Under the pieces are notes generated by a model. It ran no database searches and was not told the origin of the DNA. It worked only from the letters and a program-made list of their open reading frames with translations. Shown piece after piece: positions 10,211-18,631 of a stretch of DNA of 32,000 nt. Origin of the DNA: Candidatus Methylomirabilis oxygeniifera (GTDB lineage Bacteria > Methylomirabilota > Methylomirabilia > Methylomirabilales > Methylomirabilaceae); assembly GCA_000091165.1 (NCBI GenBank), contig FP565575.1, forward strand, positions 2,610,001 through 2,642,000, given 5' to 3'. Made by a program: the position numbers and the translations under genes. Positions within the stretch are counted from its first letter, which is position 1. Each line of letters opens with the position of its first letter.

Positions 10211-10546
10211 CTATGATTTTTTCTCCGATACCTGGATAACCTCGTGCATCTCGAAGACGCTTCGACCTGCGAACATCTCCTTAGGCGCCGGGTTGGCGTG
10301 GGCCTGCTTGAACGATTCGCTCTGCATCCAGGCCTCGAATGCCGCCTCGCTCTCCCAATAGGTTAGGACCACGTAGCAATCACCCTGAAGAGGCCGGAGG
10401 ACCTCGTTTCGGATGAATCCCGGCATTCGGTCAACCGCTCCAAGGCGCCGTTCGAACCGCTTCTCAAACTCCTGCTCGTATCCCTTCGTAATCGATACCC
10501 TGTTGGCCGTGACGATCATGGCGTCCCCCCTTTCACGACAACTCAC
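10211..10546 (-). CDS. Antibiotic biosynthesis monooxygenase (ABM)-domain protein
   Basis: 111 aa; VTKGYEQEFEKRFERRLGAVDRMPGFIRNEVLRPLQGDCYVVLTYWESEAAFEAWMQSESFKQAH. Confidence 0.85.
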   Translation of the reverse strand: MSCRERGDAMIVTANRVSITKGYEQEFEKRFERRLGAVDRMPGFIRNEVLRPLQGDCYVVLTYWESEAAFEAWMQSESFKQAHANPAPKEMFAGRSVFEMHEVIQVSEKKS

Positions 10547-10657
10547 CCTCGTTCGGCCGAATGATCAGCATCATAACTTGCTGCGGATGGGTCGTCAACG
10601 TGTCCCTCTTGGACCCAGAAACAGGACAAGAAATCCTTACCCTAGAAACCTTCGCGC

Positions 10658-10773
10658 GTCATTGCGAGCGACCAACGGGAGCGTGGCAATCTCAATGTTC
10701 CATCCTCCCTCGCGAGTTGCAGAAGGCGAAGATAAAAAACGGTTGGATTGCTTCGCCTGCGGTTCGCAATGAC
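10658..10773. repeat. Dispersed palindromic repeat of gtcattgcgagc...gcaatgac type
   Basis: Left arm gtcattgcgagcgaccaacgggagcgtggcaatctc; right arm ggattgcttcgcctgcggttcgcaatgac is its degenerate reverse complement. Confidence 0.75.
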
Positions 10774-10789
10774 GGATAGATGCGATCTC

Positions 10790-11818
10790 TTAGCCGGGAT
10801 GCGCTTGCATGAAGCGGTCAAGTTCAGTAATGAAGCGTCGTTTCTCATCGGCGCGCAAGAAGCTCGCCTCGAAGGCGTTCCTTGCGAGCGCATAGATATC
10901 ATGCCGGGTCAGCCCAAGAGCCTTCTGCGAAGCCAGGAGATTTTCGGTGATATAGCCGCCGAAGTAGGCGGGATCGTCGGAATTCACGGTCACGCACAGC
11001 CCGAGATCGAGCAGCTTCTTGAGATTATGATTCTCCAGCGACTTGAAGACGCAGAGCTTGACGTTTGAAAGGGGACAGACGGTGAGAGGAATCCTTTCCC
11101 TGGCCAGTCGTTGAATTAGCGCTGGATCCTCAAGGCACCGGACGCCATGGTCTAACCGCGACACGTGGAGCAGGTCGAGTGCCTGCCGGATATAGTCCGG
11201 GGGACCCTCTTCCCCCGCGTGGGCGACGGTCAAATACCCCTCCGCTCTGGCCCGTTCAAACACCTCAACAAACTTGTTGGGGGGATGATTCAGCTCTGAG
11301 GAGTCTAATCCGACAGCCACAATCCAGTTTTTGAACCGGAGCGACGCCTCGAGCGTCAGCATCGCCGTATCCGCCTCCAGGTGGCGGAGAAAGCACATAA
11401 TCAGCCTTGATGAAATGCCGAGTTGCGGGATGGCCTCTTCGAGAGCACGATGGATACCCCTGATCACCGTGTCAAATGGGACGCCCCGATCGGTGTGGGC
11501 CTGAGGATCAAAGAAGATTTCCGTGTGACGAACATGCTGCTGCGCGGCACGCTCAAGGTAGGCCCAGGTCAGATCGAAGAAATCCTGCTCATGAAGAAGC
11601 ACCTCGACCCCTTCGTAATAAATATCCAAAAAAGACTGGAGGTTGTGAAAGCGGTAGGCTCGGCGAAGCTCCTCGACCGTGGCAAATCGAAGAGCCAGGT
11701 GATTGCGCCTGGCCAATTCATGCAGCAGCTCGGGTTCCAATGTGCCCTCAATATGCACATGCAGCTCTGCTTTCGGAAGATCGCGAATGAGTTGTTCCAG
11801 GTCATTAGTGTGGCTCAT
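10790..11818 (-). CDS. add: Adenosine/adenine deaminase family protein
   Basis: [19 protein letters not shown] metal-binding Hx[25 protein letters not shown]-type ([11 protein letters not shown]) motif. Confidence 0.88.
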   Translation of the reverse strand: MSHTNDLEQLIRDLPKAELHVHIEGTLEPELLHELARRNHLALRFATVEELRRAYRFHNLQSFLDIYYEGVEVLLHEQDFFDLTWAYLERAAQQHVRHTEIFFDPQAHTDRGVPFDTVIRGIHRALEEAIPQLGISSRLIMCFLRHLEADTAMLTLEASLRFKNWIVAVGLDSSELNHPPNKFVEVFERARAEGYLTVAHAGEEGPPDYIRQALDLLHVSRLDHGVRCLEDPALIQRLARERIPLTVCPLSNVKLCVFKSLENHNLKKLLDLGLCVTVNSDDPAYFGGYITENLLASQKALGLTRHDIYALARNAFEASFLRADEKRRFITELDRFMQAHPG

Positions 11819-11841
11819 AAATTCGGCTCTTGTTTCGTGAC

Positions 11842-11930
11842 GTCATTCCGGCCACGTCCGCGATAGCGGGCACGAGCCGGAATCCAGGAAATGCGAAGAG
11901 TTCTGGATTCCTGCTTTCGCGGAGATGACG
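11842..11930. repeat. Dispersed palindromic repeat of gtcattcc...gga(a)tgac type
   Basis: gtcattccggccacgtccgcgatagcgggcacgagccggaatccag ... ctggattcctgctttcgcggagatgac; related to elements at 5178-5265 and 28731-28794. Confidence 0.7.
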
Positions 11931-12092
11931 ATAAGAATGGATCTCCCCACGCAACAAGGATACATCACTGATCGCCTGTGTCTAGATTTTTTGAAGTGAA
12001 TGAACCCTTGCCCACTTCTGAGGTGTGGACGTATAATTCGCCAAGCCTATCATTGTCCCAGGGATCTGATAGCGGATCAGGGGGAGGTTCTG

Positions 12093-13409
12093 ATGCCGAC
12101 GATTGTTGCTGCATCTCAGCTTGCGCGGATGGTCACTGACGCTCACGAGCGAACTCTCGGACTGGTTCAAGATCTGGCGGATACCCAACTGGTTGTTCCC
12201 CAAACGGAGATCGTCAATCCTTTCCTCTGGGAGCTTGGGCATACCGCCTTTTTTTATGATGTCTTTCTCCTGCGAACTCTCGGCGCCACCACGTTCCTTC
12301 TGGAAGGGGCGGAGAATGTCTACGACTCGTTCAAGATCGATCACTGCGACCGCTGGGGTCTGCCCCTGCCTTCGAGGGAGCACACCCTTGATTATAAGAA
12401 CAGGGTGCTGGAGTCGGCCCTGAAGCATCTCGGTTCCCACCAGCCCGGCGCTGAAGAGACCTACCTGTATCTCCTCTCCGTGCTGCACGAAGACATGCAC
12501 GGGGAGGCCTTCACCTACATGAGGCAGACCCTGGAGTATCCCGCCCCGGAACTCAGTCTCACTGGGAATGGGTCGAGCCCTCGCGAGATTGGTGGTGGCC
12601 CGTTGCCGGGCGACGTCGAGATTCCGGGAGGGATGTTTCAATTGGGCGCCACGCCTGATCTGCCCTTCGTATTCGACAATGAGAAATGGGCGCATCCCGT
12701 GGAGATCGCCCCGTTCAGGATTGCCAGGGCACCGGTGACCAACAGCGAATTCGATGAGTTTGTCGGGGATCAGGGCTACTTGCGGCGTGAGTTGTGGAGC
12801 CAACAAGGATGGATTTGGCGCACAAAAACGGGAGCGCAACGCCCGCTCTATTGGCATCGCGGGCCGAACGGCTGGCTACGCCGACATTTCGACCGGCTTG
12901 TTTCACTTGAAGCGCATGCCCCCATCCTTCACGTGAACTGGTACGAGGCGGAGGCGTACTGCCGGTGGGCAGGCAGAAGGCTTCCCACAGAGGCGGAGTG
13001 GGAAATGGCCGCCAGTGCAGAGCCCACCCCTGACGGCACACGCATCATCGGGCACAAGCGACGCTACCCCTGGGGAGATGGGCCGCCTTCTCCTGAGCAC
13101 GCCAATCTGGATTCAACTATGTCGGGCTATGTCGATGTGGGCGCGTTTGCAGCCGGTGACAGCGCCTTCGGCTGTCGCCAGATGATCGGCAATATCTGGG
13201 AATGGACCGCGTCCCCCTTCTTTTCATTCCCCGGATTTACGGTCGATTCACCGTACAAAGAGTATTCGGCGCCCTGGTTTGGCTATCGCAAGGTCTTAAA
13301 GGGAGGGGCGTGGGCTACCCGATCGCGTCTGGTCCGCAACACTTTTCGTAACTTTTTTTTGCCGGACCGACGTGATGTCTTTGCAGGATTCCGCACCTGC
13401 GCCCTGTGA
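12093..13409 (+). CDS. EgtB-like nonheme-iron oxygenase (DinB-like + SUMF1/FGE-sulfatase domains)
   Basis: N-terminal DinB-like helical domain with WELGHTAFFYDVFLL and LHEDMHGEAF (HxxxE); C-terminal FGE-like domain ...VNWYEAEAYCRWAGRRLPTEAEWEMAA...GNIWEWTASPFFSFPGF...GYRKVLKGGAWATR. Start at MPTIVAASQ. Confidence 0.85.
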   Translation: MPTIVAASQLARMVTDAHERTLGLVQDLADTQLVVPQTEIVNPFLWELGHTAFFYDVFLLRTLGATTFLLEGAENVYDSFKIDHCDRWGLPLPSREHTLDYKNRVLESALKHLGSHQPGAEETYLYLLSVLHEDMHGEAFTYMRQTLEYPAPELSLTGNGSSPREIGGGPLPGDVEIPGGMFQLGATPDLPFVFDNEKWAHPVEIAPFRIARAPVTNSEFDEFVGDQGYLRRELWSQQGWIWRTKTGAQRPLYWHRGPNGWLRRHFDRLVSLEAHAPILHVNWYEAEAYCRWAGRRLPTEAEWEMAASAEPTPDGTRIIGHKRRYPWGDGPPSPEHANLDSTMSGYVDVGAFAAGDSAFGCRQMIGNIWEWTASPFFSFPGFTVDSPYKEYSAPWFGYRKVLKGGAWATRSRLVRNTFRNFFLPDRRDVFAGFRTCAL

Positions 13410-13515
13410 TAGTTGAGTCGATTGAGTCGTCGAGTCTATTGGGTCTGTTGAGTTCACTCAATGAGCTCCACCAACTCAATACACTCAATGACCTAGTAGC
13501 ACGGAAGAAACCAGC

Positions 13516-14715
13516 ATGGACTTCAGCCTGACTCCGGAACATGAGGCCGTCCGCAACGCCACGCGGGAGTTCTGTCGCCGCGAGATCGGCCCGCATCTGC
13601 GCGACTGGGAACGGGCCGAGCAGATCCCCGCCGACCTCGTCTCCAAGATAGCCGCACAGGGCTTGCTGGGGCTTTGCATCCCGCGTCGCTATGGCGGATT
13701 GGGCTTGGATTACCTGAGTCTGGGTATCGTCAGTGAAGAGTTGGAGCGCGCCGATACCGCGTTTCGCGTCCTTATCGCTGTCCATCTTGGCCTCAACTCG
13801 CTGGCACTGTTCCAGTGGGGAAGCGAAGAGCAGAAGCAACGATACCTTGTCCCGCAGGCGCGCGGCGAGAAGCTGGCGGCGTTCGCCCTGACCGAACCGG
13901 ACGCCGGAAGCGATGTCGCGGGCATCCGCGCGACCGCCCGGCGCGACGGCGGAAGCTACATCCTCAACGGCGAGAAGACCTGGATCAGCCTGGCCGACGT
14001 CGCCGACCATTTCCTGGTCTTTGCGTACACTGATCGTTCAGCCGGAGCGCGCGGTATCTCGGCGTTTATCGTCGAGCGCGGCTTTGAGGGAGTCAGCAGT
14101 TTCAGCATCCACCACAAGTTGGGCGGGCGGATCGGCAACACCGGCAGCATCGCGTTGCAGGATGCGCGCGTACCGGCCGATAACCGCATCGGCGCGGAAG
14201 GCGTAGGGCTCAAGATCGCCCTCAGCGCGCTGGACAATGGCCGCTATACAGTCGCAGCCGGCGCGGTCGGCCTGATGGAGGCATGTCTTGAGGCCAGTGT
14301 CGCGTACGCCGAGCAGCGGCAGAGCTTCGGACGCCCTATCGGGGAGCACCAACTGGTTCAGCAAAAGATCGCCCGCATGGTTGCCGGCCGCGACGTCGGA
14401 CGGCTGTTGTATTACCAGGTCGGTTGGCTGAAGAATCAAGGGATGCGCTGCACGCGGGAGGTCAGCCTGGCCAAGTGGATCAACTGTGACAACGCCTTCC
14501 GGGCCGCTGACGACGCGGTCCAGATCCATGGGGCGTATGGCTACAGCGACGAGTTCCCGGTTGAACGCTACTTCCGCAACGCCCGAGGATCACTGATCTA
14601 TGAAGGCACGCAGGAGATTCACCAGTTGATTCAGGCGGAGTATGCGCTGGGCCACCGTACCGACAAGTCCCTTTCGTGCCCCTTACCCCCTTACCCCTTT
14701 GCGGAGGACGCGTAG
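13516..14715 (+). CDS. Acyl-CoA dehydrogenase family protein
   Basis: FALTEPDAGSDVAGIRATAR, GEKTWIS, QSFGRPIGEHQLVQQKIARM, QIHGAYGYSDEFPVERYFRNAR, catalytic YEGTQEIHQLI. Confidence 0.93.
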   Translation: MDFSLTPEHEAVRNATREFCRREIGPHLRDWERAEQIPADLVSKIAAQGLLGLCIPRRYGGLGLDYLSLGIVSEELERADTAFRVLIAVHLGLNSLALFQWGSEEQKQRYLVPQARGEKLAAFALTEPDAGSDVAGIRATARRDGGSYILNGEKTWISLADVADHFLVFAYTDRSAGARGISAFIVERGFEGVSSFSIHHKLGGRIGNTGSIALQDARVPADNRIGAEGVGLKIALSALDNGRYTVAAGAVGLMEACLEASVAYAEQRQSFGRPIGEHQLVQQKIARMVAGRDVGRLLYYQVGWLKNQGMRCTREVSLAKWINCDNAFRAADDAVQIHGAYGYSDEFPVERYFRNARGSLIYEGTQEIHQLIQAEYALGHRTDKSLSCPLPPYPFAEDA

Positions 14716-15905
14716 TGACCGGCGCCTTGGACGGCATTCGCGTTCTCGACCTGTCGCGACATCTGGCGGGACCTTACTGCGCGATGATGTTGGGCGACCT
14801 CGGCGCAGAGGTCATCAAGATCGAGCGCCCTGGCGTCGGCGATGAGTCGCGCCACTGGGGGCCGCCGTTCTTCGGCGGGGAGTCGGCCTATTACCTGTGC
14901 TGTAACCGCAACAAGCAGAGTCTCACGCTGAACCTCAAACACGAACGCGGCGTCGCCATTGCCCGCGAACTTGCGCGACGCAGCGATGTGGTGATCGAGA
15001 ACTTTCGTGTCGGCGTCCTGGACCAACTCGGTGTGGGTTACGAGGACCTGAAGGCCATCAACCCGCGCCTGGTGTACTGCTCGATCAGCGGATTCGGATA
15101 CACCGGCCCAGACCGGGAGTTAGGGGGCTACGACTTTCTCATTCAGAGTCGCGGCGGTCTGATGTCGATCACCGGCGAGCCCGATGGTTCGCCCATGAAG
15201 GTCGGAGTGGCCATTGCGGACATGACCGCCGGCCTGTTCGCAAGCAACGCCATCCTCGCCGCGCTGTTGGCCCGCGAGCGAACGGGCGCCGGGCAGCATC
15301 TCGACATCGCGCTCTATGATTCGCAGATCGCCTGCCTGGCGAACGCGGCGAGCAACTACCTCTGCTCAGGCGAGGTGCCGGGCCGTTGGGGTAATGCGCA
15401 CGGGAGCATCGTGCCGTATGAAGCGTTTCAGGCGGCGGACGACTACCTGATCCTGGCCATCGGCAACGATGAGCAGTGGCAGCGGTTCTGCGCCGTAGCG
15501 GGCGTCGCCGCATGGGCCACGGATCCACGGTTCGCGGCCAATCCTGAGCGTGTGGCCAATCGAGCGGTGCTCGTCCCGCTGGTCCAGGGTCTGCTCCGCA
15601 GCAAGACGGTCGCCGAGTGGCTGCAACTGTGTGCTGACGCTGATGTGCCGGCCGGACCGGTCAATACGATCGACAAGGTCTTCGCGGACCCGCAGGTGGC
15701 TGCACGAGGGATGATCGTTCAGATGCCGCACCCGACGCTAGGGACCGTACGGCTGGCCGGTACGCCACTCAACCTCTCCGCAACGCCGGCGCAGATGCGC
15801 CTGTCGCCCCCGCTGCTTGGCGAGCACACCGACGCGATCCTCGCTCGTCTGCTTGCGTTGGATGAACGCGCCATTGCAGAGCTGCACCGGGATGGGGTCG
15901 TGTGA
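14715..15905 (+). CDS. CaiB/BaiF family CoA-transferase
   Basis: GIRVLDLSRHLAGPYCAMMLGDLGAEVIKIERPGVGDESR... LNLKHERG, SGFGYTGPDRELGGYD, GQHLDIALYDSQ. GTG start shares one base with the preceding TAG. Confidence 0.93.
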   Translation: MTGALDGIRVLDLSRHLAGPYCAMMLGDLGAEVIKIERPGVGDESRHWGPPFFGGESAYYLCCNRNKQSLTLNLKHERGVAIARELARRSDVVIENFRVGVLDQLGVGYEDLKAINPRLVYCSISGFGYTGPDRELGGYDFLIQSRGGLMSITGEPDGSPMKVGVAIADMTAGLFASNAILAALLARERTGAGQHLDIALYDSQIACLANAASNYLCSGEVPGRWGNAHGSIVPYEAFQAADDYLILAIGNDEQWQRFCAVAGVAAWATDPRFAANPERVANRAVLVPLVQGLLRSKTVAEWLQLCADADVPAGPVNTIDKVFADPQVAARGMIVQMPHPTLGTVRLAGTPLNLSATPAQMRLSPPLLGEHTDAILARLLALDERAIAELHRDGVV

Positions 15906-15918
15906 GGGGAATCGATAG

Positions 15919-16062
15919 ATGATCGTTTTGCATTCCGGAGTCAATGACGGTCGAGTCCTTCTCTGGGGCGAAACGCTTGCACAATCGGAGACTGTTCTTC
16001 CCGGTAGGCGGTGCGGCCGAAAGCCGGAGGTCTCCTACCCCCTCATCGCGGAGTGTATCTGA
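15919..16062 (+). pseudogene. Possible truncated N-terminus of a SNF2/DEAD-DEAH box helicase
   Basis: 47-aa ORF MIVLHSGVNDGRVLLWGETLAQSETVLPGRRCGRKPEVSYPLIAECI; the M-I-V-L-H-x...LWGE...GRKP pattern resembles starts of bacterial SNF2-like helicases (recalled, not searched). Confidence 0.35.
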
Positions 16063-16063
16063 C

Positions 16064-17380
16064 CTAGAGCATCCTACCCCGATATGACCAGTGCAAAAGC
16101 TCGACAGGGTGCATGACCCGGACCTGAAGCCCTCGCTCTCTGATCCCCTTCTCGATCTGGAGGGAGCAGCCAGGGTTGCCGCTAACCACTACGTCGGCCC
16201 CCGTCGCCTTGATCCGATCGATCTTCCGATCGAGCAACTGCTGAGCCACGTCGTGGTGCAGCAGATTATAGGTCCCGGCGCTTCCACAGCAGAAGTCGGA
16301 TTCTTTCAGCTCGACGAGCCGGAGCCCGGGGATCTGTGTGAGGAGTGCCCTTGGTTGCTGCCGAATCTTCTGGCCGTGCACCAGGTGGCCAGCGTCGTGA
16401 TAGGTGACGGTCAGGTTCAGCATCTGGAGCTCGCCGCGCAGCGGGGTCTCTGCCAACAGCTCCGAGACATCCCGCACCCTTGCGCTGAAGCTGTCAGCCT
16501 TGTTGGTATAGGCTGGGTCCGTCCGGAACAGCTCCCCGTATTCCTTCATGGCTGAGCCGCACCCAGCTGCGTTCACGACGATGTAATCAACGTTGGCCGA
16601 CTCGAAACAATCGATAATCCGCCTTGCCTTTATCTTTCCCTGCTCCCGCTCGCCCTCGTGAACCAGGAGCGAACCACAGCATTCTTGTTCCCTCGGGACG
16701 ATCACCTCGTAGCCATTCTCGCTCAGCACCAGGACCGTGGCGGCATTCACGTGGGCAAAGAAGAACCGTTGGACACAGCCGAGCAGGAGCCCAACCCGCC
16801 CACGCCGCTGACCTTTGGCTGGTGTAACCTCGGGGAGCGCGTACAGGCGAGAATCCGGGATGGAAGGAAGAAGAGCCTCCATCCGGCCCAGACGACCAAA
16901 GAAGCCCAAGAGTCCTGAAGCCCTGATGAGCCGCTGCAAGCCCGACCTCTGATACAACCGAAGGAGGCTGGTGAGCATCTGCAAGCGACCGATATTGGTG
17001 AAGGTGTGCACGAGGACATGGCGGAATCGCCGCTCGGCAGCAGGGTACTGATAACTCCGCGCAATCTGGCCCCTGGTCGCCTCCATCAGGAGGCCAAACT
17101 TCACACCCGAAGGGCAGGCCGTCTCGCAGGCCCGGCAGAGGAGGCACAGATCCATGTGCCTGGCAAAGCTGTCGGAGATGCCGATCTTGCCTTCGGAGAC
17201 AGTTCGGATGAGGTGGAGCCGTCCGCGCGGGCTGTCCATCTCGTTACCGAGGACGAGGTAGGTAGGACAGGTGGGCAGGCAGAACCCGCAGTGGACGCAG
17301 TCGAGAAAGAGTTCGGGATCAGGCGGATCGAATTGATCGAAGGCGCCGGCGCCGATCGTTTCTGTTGGCTGGCTCACCAT
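16064..17380 (-). CDS. glcF: (Fe-S)-binding protein, glycolate oxidase iron-sulfur subunit-like
   Basis: Two ferredoxin motifs CVHCGFCLPTCPTY and CLLCRACETACPSGVKFG, plus CCG motifs (QECCGSLLVHEGE, SDFCCGSAGTYN). Confidence 0.88.
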   Translation of the reverse strand: MVSQPTETIGAGAFDQFDPPDPELFLDCVHCGFCLPTCPTYLVLGNEMDSPRGRLHLIRTVSEGKIGISDSFARHMDLCLLCRACETACPSGVKFGLLMEATRGQIARSYQYPAAERRFRHVLVHTFTNIGRLQMLTSLLRLYQRSGLQRLIRASGLLGFFGRLGRMEALLPSIPDSRLYALPEVTPAKGQRRGRVGLLLGCVQRFFFAHVNAATVLVLSENGYEVIVPREQECCGSLLVHEGEREQGKIKARRIIDCFESANVDYIVVNAAGCGSAMKEYGELFRTDPAYTNKADSFSARVRDVSELLAETPLRGELQMLNLTVTYHDAGHLVHGQKIRQQPRALLTQIPGLRLVELKESDFCCGSAGTYNLLHHDVAQQLLDRKIDRIKATGADVVVSGNPGCSLQIEKGIRERGLQVRVMHPVELLHWSYRGRML

Positions 17381-17436
17381 CTGTTCAATAGATTTCGCCT
17401 CTTGCAGTATATTATTACTCAGAGCAAAAATCGCTT

Positions 17437-17519
17437 GTCTCCCCCTTTAGCAAAGGGGGGTAAGGGGGGTTTTGAACGATCGGGAAAACCCCCTCAGTCC
17501 CCCTTTTTAAAGGGGGAAG
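17437..17519. repeat. G/C-run palindromic intergenic repeat
   Basis: tccccctttagcaaaggggggtaaggggggtttt ... aaaaccccctcagtccccctttttaaaggggg; inverted arms and internal palindromes, same style as 7263-7340. Confidence 0.75.
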
Positions 17520-17530
17520 TTGCTGGAGAT

Positions 17531-18283
17531 TCAGTTGTCTGCCTCGCCGACGTAGGCTTCGTGCAGCTTCACCGGCTCGGCGCGAACCTTTCTCAGCCGT
17601 AAGTTGAGCAGTTCTACAACGATCGAGAACGCCATCGCAAAGTAGATGTACCCTTTGGGAATATGCTGATGCAGACCCTCGACGATGAGGGTAAAGCCGA
17701 TGAGCAGGAGAAAACTCAACGCCAGCATTTTGATGGTGGGATGACGATCCACAAAACTGCTGATCGGCCCGGCGGACACAATCATCACGCCTGCTGCGAT
17801 GATGACGGCGGCGATCATGATCGTCAGTCGGTCGACCATGCCGACGGCGGTAATCACCGAATCGAGCGAAAAGACGACATCCAGCAGGAGTATCTGCACA
17901 ATGACGCCGGCAAACGAGGGGTGGACGTGGGCCGAAGCGTGTCCCTCGGCGCCCTCTAGTTTTTGGTGAATCTCATGTGTACTCTTCCCCAACAAAAACA
18001 GGCCGCCGAGAATGAGGATGATGTCCCGCCCGGATATCTCATACGTGAGCACCGAAAACAGCGGTTCGGTGAGACCGATGATCCATGAAAGCGAGAGCAG
18101 AAGCAGGACGCGCGAGATGATTGCCAGTCCCAGGCCGATGGTACGCGCCCGGTCTTGCTGATGGGCGGGAAGTTTCCCGGCTAGAATCGAAATGAAGATG
18201 ACGTTGTCAACACCGAGAACGAGTTCAAGTACGACGAGCGTAATAAATGCGATCCATGTTTGGGGGTCAGCGAGCCAATCCAT
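17531..18283 (-). CDS. TerC family integral membrane protein
   Basis: LVVLELVLGVDNVIFISILAGKLP and LLLDVVFSLDSVITAVGMV with paired acidic TM motifs. Confidence 0.93.
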   Translation of the reverse strand: MDWLADPQTWIAFITLVVLELVLGVDNVIFISILAGKLPAHQQDRARTIGLGLAIISRVLLLLSLSWIIGLTEPLFSVLTYEISGRDIILILGGLFLLGKSTHEIHQKLEGAEGHASAHVHPSFAGVIVQILLLDVVFSLDSVITAVGMVDRLTIMIAAVIIAAGVMIVSAGPISSFVDRHPTIKMLALSFLLLIGFTLIVEGLHQHIPKGYIYFAMAFSIVVELLNLRLRKVRAEPVKLHEAYVGEADN

Positions 18284-18631
18284 ATGCCGATTCTCCTGGC
18301 CGTCAGCGGACAGCTACGCAGGACCTCGCGGGTCCCGATCAGTGTACTCGCCTAAGCGATGACGATAAGGTTATTGCCGGTGAAAAACTCGGCCCCCGCT
18401 ATCACTCTGCTTGATTGTCGCCAATATAGTCTCACGTTCTAATGGGGTCAAGGATTCATGCGGCATCATCTTTGCTGTAGCGCTTTTGCTCCACCCACCC
18501 TATACTAAGAGTCAATTGTAAGCGGCCCTCATTTCGTCACCATTGGACAGATGCCGGATTCCATATGACTTGAAACGTGGAATGTGGCATCTGGAACTTT
18601 GGACATAGAACGTAGAACGAGGTTTTGGACT

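Noticed and set aside
11982-12857. 291-aa minus-strand ORF opposite the EgtB-like gene
   Set aside because: Antisense to a gene with clear motifs; no domain signature of its own.
13315-14010. 231-aa minus-strand ORF opposite the acyl-CoA dehydrogenase start
   Set aside because: Antisense shadow; no recognisable family.
17006-17602. 198-aa plus-strand ORF across glcF start and the G/C-run repeat
   Set aside because: Antisense to glcF and then reads through the palindromic repeat (SPPLAKGGKGGF...PPQSPFLKG); not a real protein.
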